From assembly GCA_951406725.2 (NCBI GenBank), contig OX597816.1, positions 47,244,001 to 47,308,000 of the forward strand: 64,000 nucleotides of DNA. The letters run 5' to 3'. This DNA comes from Octopus vulgaris (Eukaryota). Each line of letters starts with the position of its first letter. Positions within the stretch are counted from its first letter, which is position 1. This document shows, piece by piece, positions 11,110 through 23,903 of this stretch. The notes below the pieces were generated by a model. The model was given only the letters and a program-made list of their open reading frames with translations, was not told the origin of the DNA and ran no database searches. The translations under genes were made by a program, and so were the position numbers.

Positions 11110-11450
11110 GTTAAATAAAATAAGACAACATAGCTGAGGCTATGTGGAACTTTTAGGACATCTATAAAGAGAAAGTTAGTCTTACAGCTGTTTCTGAGAT
11201 ATTAAGGATATCCCTTCATCAGAGATGATATGAGAGAGCTAAACAGAGGGAAATAGTAGAGTTCAACATAAGGGGTTATTTTGGAAAAGGATGGAAATAA
11301 GAAAAATAATGGGAAATAAGAGAATAAAAGTAAAAATAAAAATATATGTAGGATGTTACAGTTGCAGTTCCATTATCCAGGAAAGTGCTGTGTAGAATGG
11401 TATGTAAATTCTGATAGGAGTTCATATTTTGTTATTACAATTGGATAAAG
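11110..11450 (-). mobile_element. Penelope-like pLTR/3' fragment carrying a hammerhead motif
   Basis: Lies between TA-rich microsatellites and contains the hammerhead at 11176-11230. PLE assignment is inferred from the ribozyme and context. Confidence 0.5.
11176..11230 (-). ncRNA. Type I hammerhead ribozyme motif with palindromic stem III
   Basis: Minus strand: tct-CTGATGA-a-gggatat[cctta]atatctc-a-GAAAC-agct-GTA-aga. Confidence 0.7.
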
Positions 11451-11644
11451 TAGATATATATACATATATACATAGACACACGTATACGTATATATATGCA
11501 TGCATGTATAAATTTCTCTCTCTATACGTGTATATACATATGTTCATACACACTAACACACACAGACATCTGTAACCCTAGTTTTTTGTACCTCTTAGTC
11601 AGGAGGGCAAGGCAGCACCCTTGAGCCTTTATAAAGCTGCTGAG

Positions 11645-11702
<58 letters not shown>

Positions 11703-12030
11703 TCCTCAAACCAGAGACCTAACTCAAAAGCTTACAACAAACTCCACTAAAGGTATCTAATGACCAGATTATAATGTTAAAACTGGGTTACAGATTAAGT
11801 TAACCATCTCAAACAAGCTATGTCAGGATTTGAACTTAGAATGCAAAGAACTGGAACAAATACCATAAGGCACTCTAATAGACTCTGCAACCTCATTGAA
11901 TTTGACTGGTTGTTTACCAACTTTGCAAAGACATAAAAGCAAATTTGACCTTGGTAAGATTTGAACTTGGAATTAAGGCAGTTGGAATATATGTACTATA
12001 AGGCATTTTGCCCGATGCCCTAATGACTCA

Positions 12031-12226
12031 ACCAATTTGACATCAATAATCACTTTGCTGCCCATAATCAATTGGCTGCCTATATCTAGTTTGCTGTTTC
12101 TAACAAATTTGATGCCTCTGATGCTTTTGTCATCTATGACCAATTTACTGCCTATAACCAATTTGGCACCAGTAATCAATTCTCTGCCTATAACTAATTT
12201 GCTGTTTATAATCAATTTACTGCTTA
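12031..12226. repeat. Diverged 18-bp minisatellite (~11 units)
   Basis: Consensus approximately accaatttgctgcctata; open frames on both strands (ORFs 11973-12215 and 12037-12291). Confidence 0.8.
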
Positions 12227-12727
12227 AAAATCAATTCCTTACCTGTATCCAGTTGACTGGCATCATGCCTATTTTCCACCTATTTTTGTGATTCAGGAGT
12301 GAGCAATGGTAAATTTGCTCTTCTCAAAGCATGTCCAATTAGATTTAATCTTTTTTTAATGTAAAATGCTATTTGTTGCAAAAGTATGATGTTCTTGCAA
12401 TTAATCATTCATTAATTATTTTTTTTTTCTTCTGGAAAATTAACTTCAAGTACAAATAAAAAAAAAAGAGTAATTTTCAGCATTTATCTCCTGCTAATGC
12501 TTCCCTTTCTCTGATATGCAATTAATTGTGATTTTTTTCCCCACTTCTGCAGCTTGAGAATCAGAAATGGAGGTTTAAATCTTAATACAATGTAAATTTC
12601 CTTGATGACTACACTAAAATTTTCTGACAAAATGTTGAAGCTGCTTTAACCTTTTATCTTTTACTTGTTTCAGTCATTAGATTGTAGCCATGCTGGGGCA
12701 CCACCTTGAAGAATTTTTAGTCAAATG

Positions 12728-13138
12728 GCAGTGAGCTGGCAGAAGTGTTAACACGCCAGGCGAAATTCTTGGCGGTATTTTGTCTGCCGTTATGTTCTGA
12801 GTTCAAATTCCCAAGGTCAACTTTGCCTTTCATCCTTTCAGGGTTGATTAAATAAGTACCAATTACGCACTGGGGTCGATATAATCAACTCAATCCATTT
12901 GTCTGTCCTTGTTTGTCCCCTCTGTGTGTAGCCCCTTGTGGGTAGTAAAGAAATAGGTATTTCGTCTGCCGTTAAGTTCTGAGTTCAAATTCCGCCGAGG
13001 TTGACTTTGCCTTTCATCCTTTCGGGGTCGATAAATTAAGTACCAGTTACACACTGGGGTCAATATGATCGACTTAATCTGTTTGTCTGTCCTTGTTCGT
13101 CCCCTCTATGTTTAGCCCCTTGTGGGCAATAAACAAAT
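12728..13138 (+). mobile_element. tRNA-derived SINE (Meta-like central domain), ~1.8 tandem copies, with 19-bp TSD
   Basis: gagttcaaattcc B-box and gtcgactttgcctttcatcctttcggggtcgataaa domain occur twice. TSD aagaatttttagtcaaatg at 12709-12727 and 13139-13157. Confidence 0.85.
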
Positions 13139-13415
13139 AAGAATTTTTAGTCAAATGAATCAATCCCAGTACATTTTTTAAAGCCTGGTACTCATTTTAT
13201 TGGTTCTCTTTTGCTGAACTGCTAAGTTATGGGCATGTGAACACATCAACACCAGTTATTAAGCAGTGGTAGAAGACAAACACACACACACATGATGGGC
13301 TTCTTTCAGTTTCCATCAACCAGATCCACTCACAAGGCTTTGGTCAGCCCAAGGCTATAGTAGAGGACACTTGCCCAAGGTGTCATGCAGTGGGACTGAA
13401 CCTGGAACTGTGTGA

Positions 13416-13640
13416 TCTTATTTCTTTATTGCCCACAAGGGGCTAAACACAGAGGGGACAAGCAAGGACAGACAAAGGGATTAAGTCGATTACATCGACC
13501 CCAGTGTGTAACTTGTACTTAATTTATCGACCCCGAAAGGATGAAAGGCAAAATTGACCTCAGAGGAATTTGAACTCAGAACGTAACAGCAGACGAAATA
13601 CTGCTAAGCATTTTGCCCTGCGTGCTAACGTTTCTGCCAG
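13416..13640 (-). mobile_element. Same Meta-like SINE in the opposite orientation
   Basis: Reverse complement of 12735-12955. Confidence 0.85.
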
Positions 13641-14725
13641 CAAGCTTCTTACCACACAGCCATGTCTGTGCCTATAATTATAAAAGAGAAAATAGCTTAG
13701 GAGATAGTGCATCTGAGGATGAAAAGTTGGTGTATGTTCGTGAGTGATTTCATGCCACTAAGTTGGATGGCTTGTTGATTGTAGATAACTTTATAAGAAA
13801 AGTCTGCTATATATATATTCTTGATCTCCAGGTGAGCTGGGACAATGAGCATTATAGAGTATTGAGAAATATATGTATTACGCTTTTAGCTTTTTAATGA
13901 ATCATGCACTCTTTATGTATAGAACATACATGTAAGTTGTGTGTGCATTGAAGATTCAATGCTGCTAATACACACCACTATACTATATAGCTGCTACACA
14001 CTTTTTATTTATAATACAATTATAATACAGATAGCCTACCCTCTCTACTCATAATATAGGTTGCCCACACTCTGTAATAGGTACCTGACACTCTTTAATT
14101 TTATTGTACATATGTTATATTCTACTTTTAATGTAGGTACCCTATAATAACTACTTCTAATATAAGCACTCCACATTCTCTAATATAGATAATTATCATC
14201 CGCTGTTTCTAATATAGGTTTGCCGCCCTCTCCAGTAGGTACCCTACAACCTCTCCTTCTAACAAGGTTACCCATATTCAGTAATATAGATACCCTATGC
14301 TCCTTAATATAGGTATACCATCCTCCCTATTTCTATTATTGGTACTCCATACCCAAAATGCTTAATGACATTTCTTTCCCCTCTTCATATTCTGAGTTCA
14401 AATGTTACTGAGGTCAACTTTGCTTTTATCCTTGTAGTGCTGATAAAATATGTACCAGTCAAACACTGGGGTCTAAATAATCAACTTGCACCCCTTCCAA
14501 CTGTCAGCCTTGTGCCAGAGTTAGCAAGAATAATAAGTAACCCATACTCCCTAATTCTATATTTACTCTCTAGTATAGGTACCCCACGTTCTGTACTTTT
14601 AATATAGGCATCCCATACTATGTAAAATAGGTACCCCAAACTCTCTACATCTAATATAGGAGCCTCAAAGTCTCTAAATATAGCTATCTCTCACCCTGTA
14701 CTCTGTACTATAAAGGTATACATAC

Positions 14726-14757
<32 letters not shown>

Positions 14758-14759
<2 letters not shown>

Positions 14760-15098
14760 TGGCTGTTGCCAGTGCCGCCCCGACTGGCCTCCGTGCCGGT
14801 GGCATGTAAAAAGTACCATCCGTTCATGGCCGTTGCCAGCCTCGCCTGGCCCCTGTGCCAGTGGCACATAAAAAGCACCATCCGTCCGTGGCCGTCTGCC
14901 AGCTCCGTCTGGCACCTGTGCGGGTGGCACATAAAAAGCACCCACTACACTCTCGGAGTGGTTGGCGTTAGGAAGGGCATCCAGCTGTAGAAACACTGCC
15001 AGATCAAACTGGGCCGGAAGCAGCCTTCTGGCTTCACAGACCCCAGTTGAACCGTCCAACCCATGCTAGCATGGAAAGCGGACGCTAAATGATGATGA

Positions 15099-15100
<2 letters not shown>
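14758..15100 (+). mobile_element. RTE 3' tail (3 array units) inside (TA)n
   Basis: Homologous to 10430-10770. Confidence 0.9.
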
Positions 15101-15136
<36 letters not shown>

Positions 15137-15253
15137 ATATATAAAGTTGTTTGTTTTCTGTGGTAAGAGCTCCATGCAGAGTTCCTTACATAGAATTGGG
15201 ATAGTCTTTGTAAATCTGCCTAAGAACTGTTTATCCATGAGTATGATCTATAG

Positions 15254-15570
15254 ATGTGGAGGCACAATGGCCCAGTGGTTAGAGCAGCGGACTCACGGTC
15301 GGAGGATTGCGGTTTCGATCTCCAGACCGGGCGTTGTGCGTGTTTATTGAGCGAAAACACCTAAAAGCTCCACGAGGCTCTGGCAGTGGGTGGTGGCAAC
15401 CTCTGTTGTACTCTTTTGCCACAACTTTCTCTCGCTCTCTTTTCCTGTTTCTTGAGTAATGCTGTGAAGGACTGGCATCCCGTCCAGCTGGGAGGAACAC
15501 ATACACCACAGAAACCAGGAAACCAGGCCCATGAGCCTGGCTAGGCTTGAAAAGGGCGACATTTATCATT
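15254..15570 (+). mobile_element. tRNA-derived SINE with a V-SINE-like domain, 12-bp TSD
   Basis: A-box tggcccagtgg, B-box ggtttcgatctcc and ggactggcatcccgtccag. TSD tatgatctatag at 15242-15253 and 15571-15582. Confidence 0.8.
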
Positions 15571-16027
15571 TATGATCTATAGGTAGCTTTCAACCAAGCA
15601 TAGGGAATATTCCCTATACCGATATACATATATAAATATACTTTCTATATAGGTACCCCTTATCCTCTAATTCTAAAATGGGTACCTCATACACTTTAAT
15701 GTAACCTACATTATTTACTTGTAAAACAGGTACCCACACTCTTTACTTCTAATACAAGCACCACACATTTTCTACATCTAATATGGGTTTAGCATACTAA
15801 TATAGAGAGCCTGGACTCTCTACCAGTGGAATATTTGTGCATCATGTTACATGTTCACGCCTAGAGTGGCTGAGCTGTCAGCTGAAAGGTGGTGGGATAT
15901 GACTGACAGGTTCATATCCTGTCATTTGTCAACTTTGCTTTGACTCTGTGGTCAAGTTAACTTTCAAGCAGCCAGCTTATCAGCACTGTCCTGTCTCTTC
16001 TTGTTATTGTCATCGTTGTTCAGCAGT

Positions 16028-16208
16028 TGTCATCATCATCATCATTCTTGTCCCCCCCCCACAACAACAACAACAATGGCATCATCATTAGTCTTTATCA
16101 TCATCATCATTACTATCATCATCATCATAAACTACACCACCACCACCACCACCATCATTATAATCATCGTCATCGGTATCATCATCATCATCATCACCAT
16201 CATCATCA

Positions 16209-16243
<35 letters not shown>

Positions 16244-16424
16244 GTACTATGATATTAACTATGTTTTGTGGGATTTTAAGATAATATATTCAGTACCAAC
16301 TGGGAAAAAGTTAACTGGAAATAGGCCAGCATCTCATCCAGAGAGAGAGAGAGGGAGAGAGAGAGAGGGGGAAGAGAGAGAGGGGGGAGAGAGAGAGGGA
16401 GAGAGAGAGGGAGAGAGAGAGAGA
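16028..16424. repeat. (CAT/CAC)n and (GA)n microsatellites
   Basis: Direct reading. Confidence 0.9.
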
Positions 16425-17771
16425 TTTGTTTCATATCCTTTTGGAAACACAAAAAAATGGAGAAGAGCGTCAGCCTAGTTCACCATGAAGATCCATGAAA
16501 TTACATCTACGAACTATAAATATATCTCCTTGCTAGCATATTCCTCTCACCTTCATTAGCCAATCAATAAATTGCTCTGATGTGCAGTCTGTTCCTTAAT
16601 GCTGTTGTTCTTTTTTAGTTTCATGGTACTAAAAAGTTTTATCATTTAATTCAGCACATTATATTTAAGATATTTAGTTATTTTTTTTTTTTTCTTCTTT
16701 ACAACTCTGAAAGATTACGAAATGTTTAAAACCGAATCATAATGCTTAAATTAAAGCGATGGCAATATTTATTAAAATATCGTTAATCTCAGTAATGTGG
16801 CTTATCAAGTATTGTTGCTAACCACAGTAATTTTAAAGAAAATGTGTTTACTTTTTACGTTAATGGGCATGAGATTAAAATTTTGTATATAGAGCATTTT
16901 CCCCATACAATATTTTGACACGTAAACATTAGTCTCAATCTTACAAGGCCTGACATGTTGCGTAACCACGAAGGTGAAATAACGCTGTAGAGAAATCAAC
17001 TCTATGTGAGATGTCATTTCTTGTGATTAATATCTTCATTAATGAAAACCAGCGTAATTCAAATATCTTAAGTATTTATTTTTTTATTTCTTTTTTTAAA
17101 AATTTTATATCACAATTTGTGAACAATACAATTGTTGGTTAAAGGTTTCCAGCAGGTGAATCACTGGTTTGCTGCTTTTCTAATTGCATGAAACACAAGG
17201 GAGCATCTAACCCTAATTAATACAAGAGACTTCTCTGTGCTCGGAATAATATATTAGTAGATAGAATGCCACAGTACATCTTGGGAATTTAGAGGGTGGT
17301 TAACTCCTCCGATGATGAACAGGAGGGAGAGGCTGGCTGCATGACCTTGCAAAGATCTCAAAGGGAATGTTGCCCACCTAGGTGGCTGGATAATTCCGAA
17401 ACAGAATAGAGAAGCAGTGATCTTTGGATCAAGAAGAAGGGACATGTGGAGGAATGAAGTGGGTGATGAGGACAAGGGACCATAAGTGAGGGGAAGTGAT
17501 GTCAGGTTAAGAAGCAGCATGTTCAAATGGCCTCTTTTTTTCTTTTTGATGCATCTTGTTGGATAGACGTGTTTTTAGGGAACAATTTTAGGGGAGTAGT
17601 CTTTCTGGCTAGAAGCTTGGGTAGAGGACAGATGAGGGTGCAACTGTTAAGTTTTGCTGGTTCCTATGACCCAACATTTGAATTTATTGCTGCTGATTGC
17701 ATATTGAGGTAAGAGAGAGCAACCTTTATTTGTGCCTTACGGCTACAAAAGCACCACTTTTAAAGTATTCG

Positions 17772-17990
17772 TAGGCGTAGGAGTGGCTGTGTGGTAAGTA
17801 GCTTGCTTACGAACCACATGATTCCAGGTTCAGTCCCACTGCATGACACCTTGGGCAAGTGTCTTCTACTATACCCTCAGGCCAACCAAAGCCTTGTGAG
17901 TTGATTTGGCAAATGGAAGCTGAAAGAAGCCCATTGTATATATGTATATATATGTGTGTATATATGTTTGTGTATATATATGTATGTATT

Positions 17991-18038
<48 letters not shown>

Positions 18039-18240
18039 TCCCACTGCCATTGCTTGACAACCGATGCTGGTGTATTTATGTCCCTGTAACCAAGCGGTTT
18101 GGCCAAAGAGACTGATAGAATAAGTACTAGGCTTACAAAGAATTAAGTCCTGGGGTTGATTTGTTTGACTAAAACTCATTATGGTGGTGCTCCAGTATGG
18201 CTGCAGTCAAATGACTGAAACAAGTAAAAGAGTAAAAGAA
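17772..18240 (+). mobile_element. Full-length tRNA-derived CORE-type SINE with an internal TA/TG microsatellite
   Basis: Head ggagtggctgtgtggtaag..ggttcagtccca, core accttgggcaagtgtcttct, tail gactgaaacaagtaaaagagtaaaaga. Confidence 0.9.
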
Positions 18241-18567
18241 CAGCTTAAGAGTACAATGCTTTTAGACTGACACTGTACTGTTTCTTTTACCCCACTGACT
18301 TTTACAGATGTTAATAGAACTAACATTGGTCATTAATCAAAAAAATCTGTCAATTTTCGCAATTATACTTCCTGTCAATTATTACAGAAGAATTTCACAC
18401 AGCTGTTGAGGAATTAATGTTTTTACAAGTTAGTTAAAAATTCAGTTGATTGTAAATGATTATTTAGACTAATCAACCATAAGTATATAATGTAGATGAC
18501 ATCAGTTTTATTTTTAATCTTCTCTATAATTATAAGCTATTGTTAATTTTTACATTGTCTACACTCT

Positions 18568-19039
18568 GTTAGGATTTTTAATACAGTAACTACCTGTCAC
18601 CTGGTGCAACGATTATCTCATATTGGTTTCAAATTTTGGCATAAGGCCAGCAAGTTCAGAGGAGGAGTTAAATTGATTATATTGACCCTAGTGGAGGAGT
18701 GTGGCTTAGTGGTTAGGATGTCAGCATCATGATCTTAAGATTGTGGTTTCGATTCCTGGACCGGGCGACATGTTGTGTTCTTGAGCAAAACACTTCATTT
18801 CACGTTGCTCCAGTCCACTCAGCTGGCAAAAAATGAGTAACACTGTGATGGACTGGCATTCCATCCAGCTGGGGAACATATACGCCATTGAAACCAGGAA
18901 ACCGGTCCCATGAGCCTGGCTAGGCTTTAAAAGGGCACATTTATTATTATTATTATTATATCGACCCCAGTGCTTATTTTATCGACTTTGAAAGGGGTGA
19001 AAGGCAAAGTTGACCTTGGTGGAATTTGAACTGAGAATG
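18568..19039. repeat. Direct duplication, copy 1 (V-like SINE nested in a Meta-like SINE); copy 2 at 19460-19932
   Basis: gttagg..gtaactacctgtc..ggaatttgaactgagaatg is repeated, including the nested SINE and its TSD attatat(t/c)gaccc(t/c)agtg. Confidence 0.9.
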
Positions 19040-19149
19040 TAATGATGGATGAAATACTGCTAAGCATTTTGCCCGGCATGCTAACAATTCTGCCAGCTTG
19101 CCACCTTAAATATTAATTTTTCAAACCAAAAGATTCTTATCTATATATA

Positions 19150-19459
19150 TATCTGCATACAAGGAATAATTAATTTCAGCAGCTTCCAAGAAGAAATATC
19201 TCAACAGGGGTCAAAACCATGTTAGCTGAGATGAAGTGTGTTAATCTGGTCCAACGAGAAAATCTTCACTGTGGAGGCAGTTTCCATCAGGCAGAGTGAC
19301 AGGCTTTATGTATATAATGCAGGAGACTTGCCTGAAGGTAGCAGGAGTCATTTACGGTGTCAGATGCCAGCTTCACTCATGGTGTGGGCCTCAGTTGCAT
19401 CTGATGGGTCCAAGTCACCCTTGGTCTTAACCGATTCTGGCATCGAGGTCAACAGTGAA
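19150..19459 (+). mobile_element. Tc1-like transposase fragment
   Basis: IWSNEKIFTVEAV...MVWASVASDGSKSPLV...GIEVNSEV, the first catalytic-Asp region of Tc1/maT transposases. Confidence 0.8.
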
Positions 19460-19932
19460 GTTAGGTTTTTTTTAACATGGTAACTACCTGTCGCCTGGAG
19501 CAACAATTATCTCATATTGGTTTCAAATTTTGGCATAAGGCCAGCAAGTTCAGAGGAGGAGTTAAATTGATTATATCGATCCCAGTGGAGGTGCGTGGTT
19601 TAGTGGTTAGGATGTCAGCATCATGATCGTAAGATTGTGGTTTCGATTCCTGGACCGGGCAACATGTTGTGTTCTTGAGCAAAACACTTCATTTCACATT
19701 GCTCCAGTCCACTCAGCTGGCAAAAATGAGTAACACTATGATGGACTGGCGTCCCGTCCAGCTGGGAAACACAAACACCACAGAAACTGGGAAACCGGGC
19801 CCATGAGCCTGGCTAGGCTTTAAAAGGGTGCATTTATTATTATTATTATTATATCGACCCCAGTACTTATTTTATCGACTTTGAAAAGGATGAAAGGCAA
19901 AGATGACCTTGGTGGAATTTGAACTGAGAATG
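19460..19932. repeat. Direct duplication, copy 2
   Basis: See copy 1. Confidence 0.9.
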
Positions 19933-20458
19933 CGTGGCACCTTGGGCAAGTGTCTTTTACTATAGCCTCGGGACGATCAAAACCTTGTGAGTGGATTTGG
20001 TAGACAGAAACTGAAAGAAGCCCATTGTATATATGTATATGTTGCTAGCCTCGCCTGGCCCCCGTGCCGGTTGCATGTAAAAGCACCATCCGTTCGTGGC
20101 CGTTGCCAGCCTCGCCTGGCCTCTGTGCTGGTGGCACGTAAAAAGCACCATCCGCCCATGGCCGTTTGCCAGCTCCGTCTGGCACCTGTGCGGGTGGCAT
20201 GTAAAAAGCACCCACTACACTTAGGGAGTGGTTGGCGTTAGGAAGGGCATCCAGCCATAGAAACACTGCCAGATCAGACTGGGCCGGAAGCAGCCTTCTG
20301 GCTTCACAGACCCCAGTTGAACTGTCCAACCCATGCTAGCATGGAAAGCGGACGCTAAATGGTGATGATGATGATGTATATATATATATGTGTGCGTGTT
20401 TATGTGTCTGTGTTTGTCCCCCCCAGCATCGCTTGACAACCGATGCTGGTGTGTTTAT
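19933..20458 (+). mobile_element. CORE-SINE fragment whose internal microsatellite contains an RTE 3' tail (20043-20375)
   Basis: SINE core 19933-20030, RTE tail ending (GAT)n, SINE resumes tgtgtctgtgtttgtcccc at ~20403. Confidence 0.85.
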
Positions 20459-20464
20459 ATATAT

Positions 20465-22680
<2,216 letters not shown>

Positions 22681-23121
22681 GGAGATGAAAATAGATGAAG
22701 ACGGAGACGATGATGATGACTGGAATAATGATGAGGATGATGATAGTGCTGACTATGATGATGATGATGTTGATGGTGACAATGATGATGCTAACACTGA
22801 TGATGATGATGATGATGACAATGAGTAGGATGGGAAATATCAAGATATAGAAAGTGACCATACTTATAATTATCAATTATAACGAATTTTAGTTAATTAA
22901 TACTGAGGATTTTCTAAATGCCAAAGTTTTCTAGTGGAAGCTGGTGATATTGTGAAAGAAAAGTAAAGGAAGCTATAATTGTAAAACATAATAATGGATC
23001 TGAAAGAAGAAAACGAAGGAATCTAAGACAGAAATCTTTAACTAGAAATTAAGCAGGCAGACATGTAGCTACTTGTATATGTAGTATGATTAAAAATTAG
23101 AGAAGTAAATAAGAATTTGGT

Positions 23122-23508
23122 AAATTTTGTTGTGTTTTGAGAGGGTCATTACACCAATATTAAACACATGCACTGGTTGAATTTCACTTCTTTATTGTAA
23201 GACAACTGGTTAGTTATTTAAATAACTAAGTAATCGATTCTTTGCTTAATCATTCTGTTAAACAAGCAATCAGATATTTGCCATTCAAAACCTCATCAAT
23301 GACTCACCCTCTCTCCTTCACATCTGCTACAAATCTGAAAGGATTTTAACTAAGAACTGATTAATTGATTAACCAACTGATTAAGGAAGCGATTGATTAG
23401 TTAGTTGGTTGAATAACTAACCAATGGACTGATAATAAATAACTTAAACTGAACCAGTGGGTGTGTTAATTGTTGGCATGATGACCCTCCCAAGACAGAA
23501 CAAATTTT
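23122..23508. repeat. Diverged long inverted repeat (~150-bp arms, ~80-bp spacer), MITE-like or hairpin
   Basis: aaattttgttgtgttttgagagggtcattacaccaatattaaacacatgcactggttgaattt pairs with aaactgaaccagtgggtgtgttaattgttggcatgatgaccctcccaagacagaacaaatttt, and pairing continues inward. Confidence 0.85.
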
Positions 23509-23808
23509 GTTTCAGCTCATGAGTTCACATCAAGAAACTTCCAAACCAAAAAAAAAAAAAGAAACAAAAACAAATAAACTAACCAAAAAACAAAAAAAGA
23601 AATAAAGAAAAGATCAAACAAACAAATTTGGTAAATGTTTGGTAGCGCTGAGATGGAAAACAAAGCATTTAGAAGTGTGAAACAATTGTTAGAACAGTCT
23701 ATGGAGTTTGTAGAGAAGATAAGTTTTTGATATGTAAGGGATGTACTAAACGACCTGTGGTAATGGAGAGAAATTAGCTCATGAGTGATGTACAGAAACT
23801 GAGATATA

Positions 23809-23903
<95 letters not shown>

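Larger units (their letters stand above)
12655..13675 (-). mobile_element. tRNA-derived CORE-type SINE interrupted by two SINE insertions
   Basis: Tail ttttacttgtttcagtcat, core gacacttgcccaaggtg, head gcttcttaccacacagcc; same family as 17772-18240. Confidence 0.85.
14020..15820. repeat. Old ~30-35-bp minisatellite (core taatataggtaccc) interrupted by SINE/LINE insertions
   Basis: Many degenerate (c/t)taatataggtaccc(c/t)a..ctct units at 14020-14350, 14535-14720 and 15590-15820. Confidence 0.7.

Noticed and set aside
17254-17760. Higher-GC block, possibly an old LINE or exon (similar blocks at 41160-41430 and 46480-46660)
   Set aside because: No diagnostic motif could be read confidently, so it is left unassigned.
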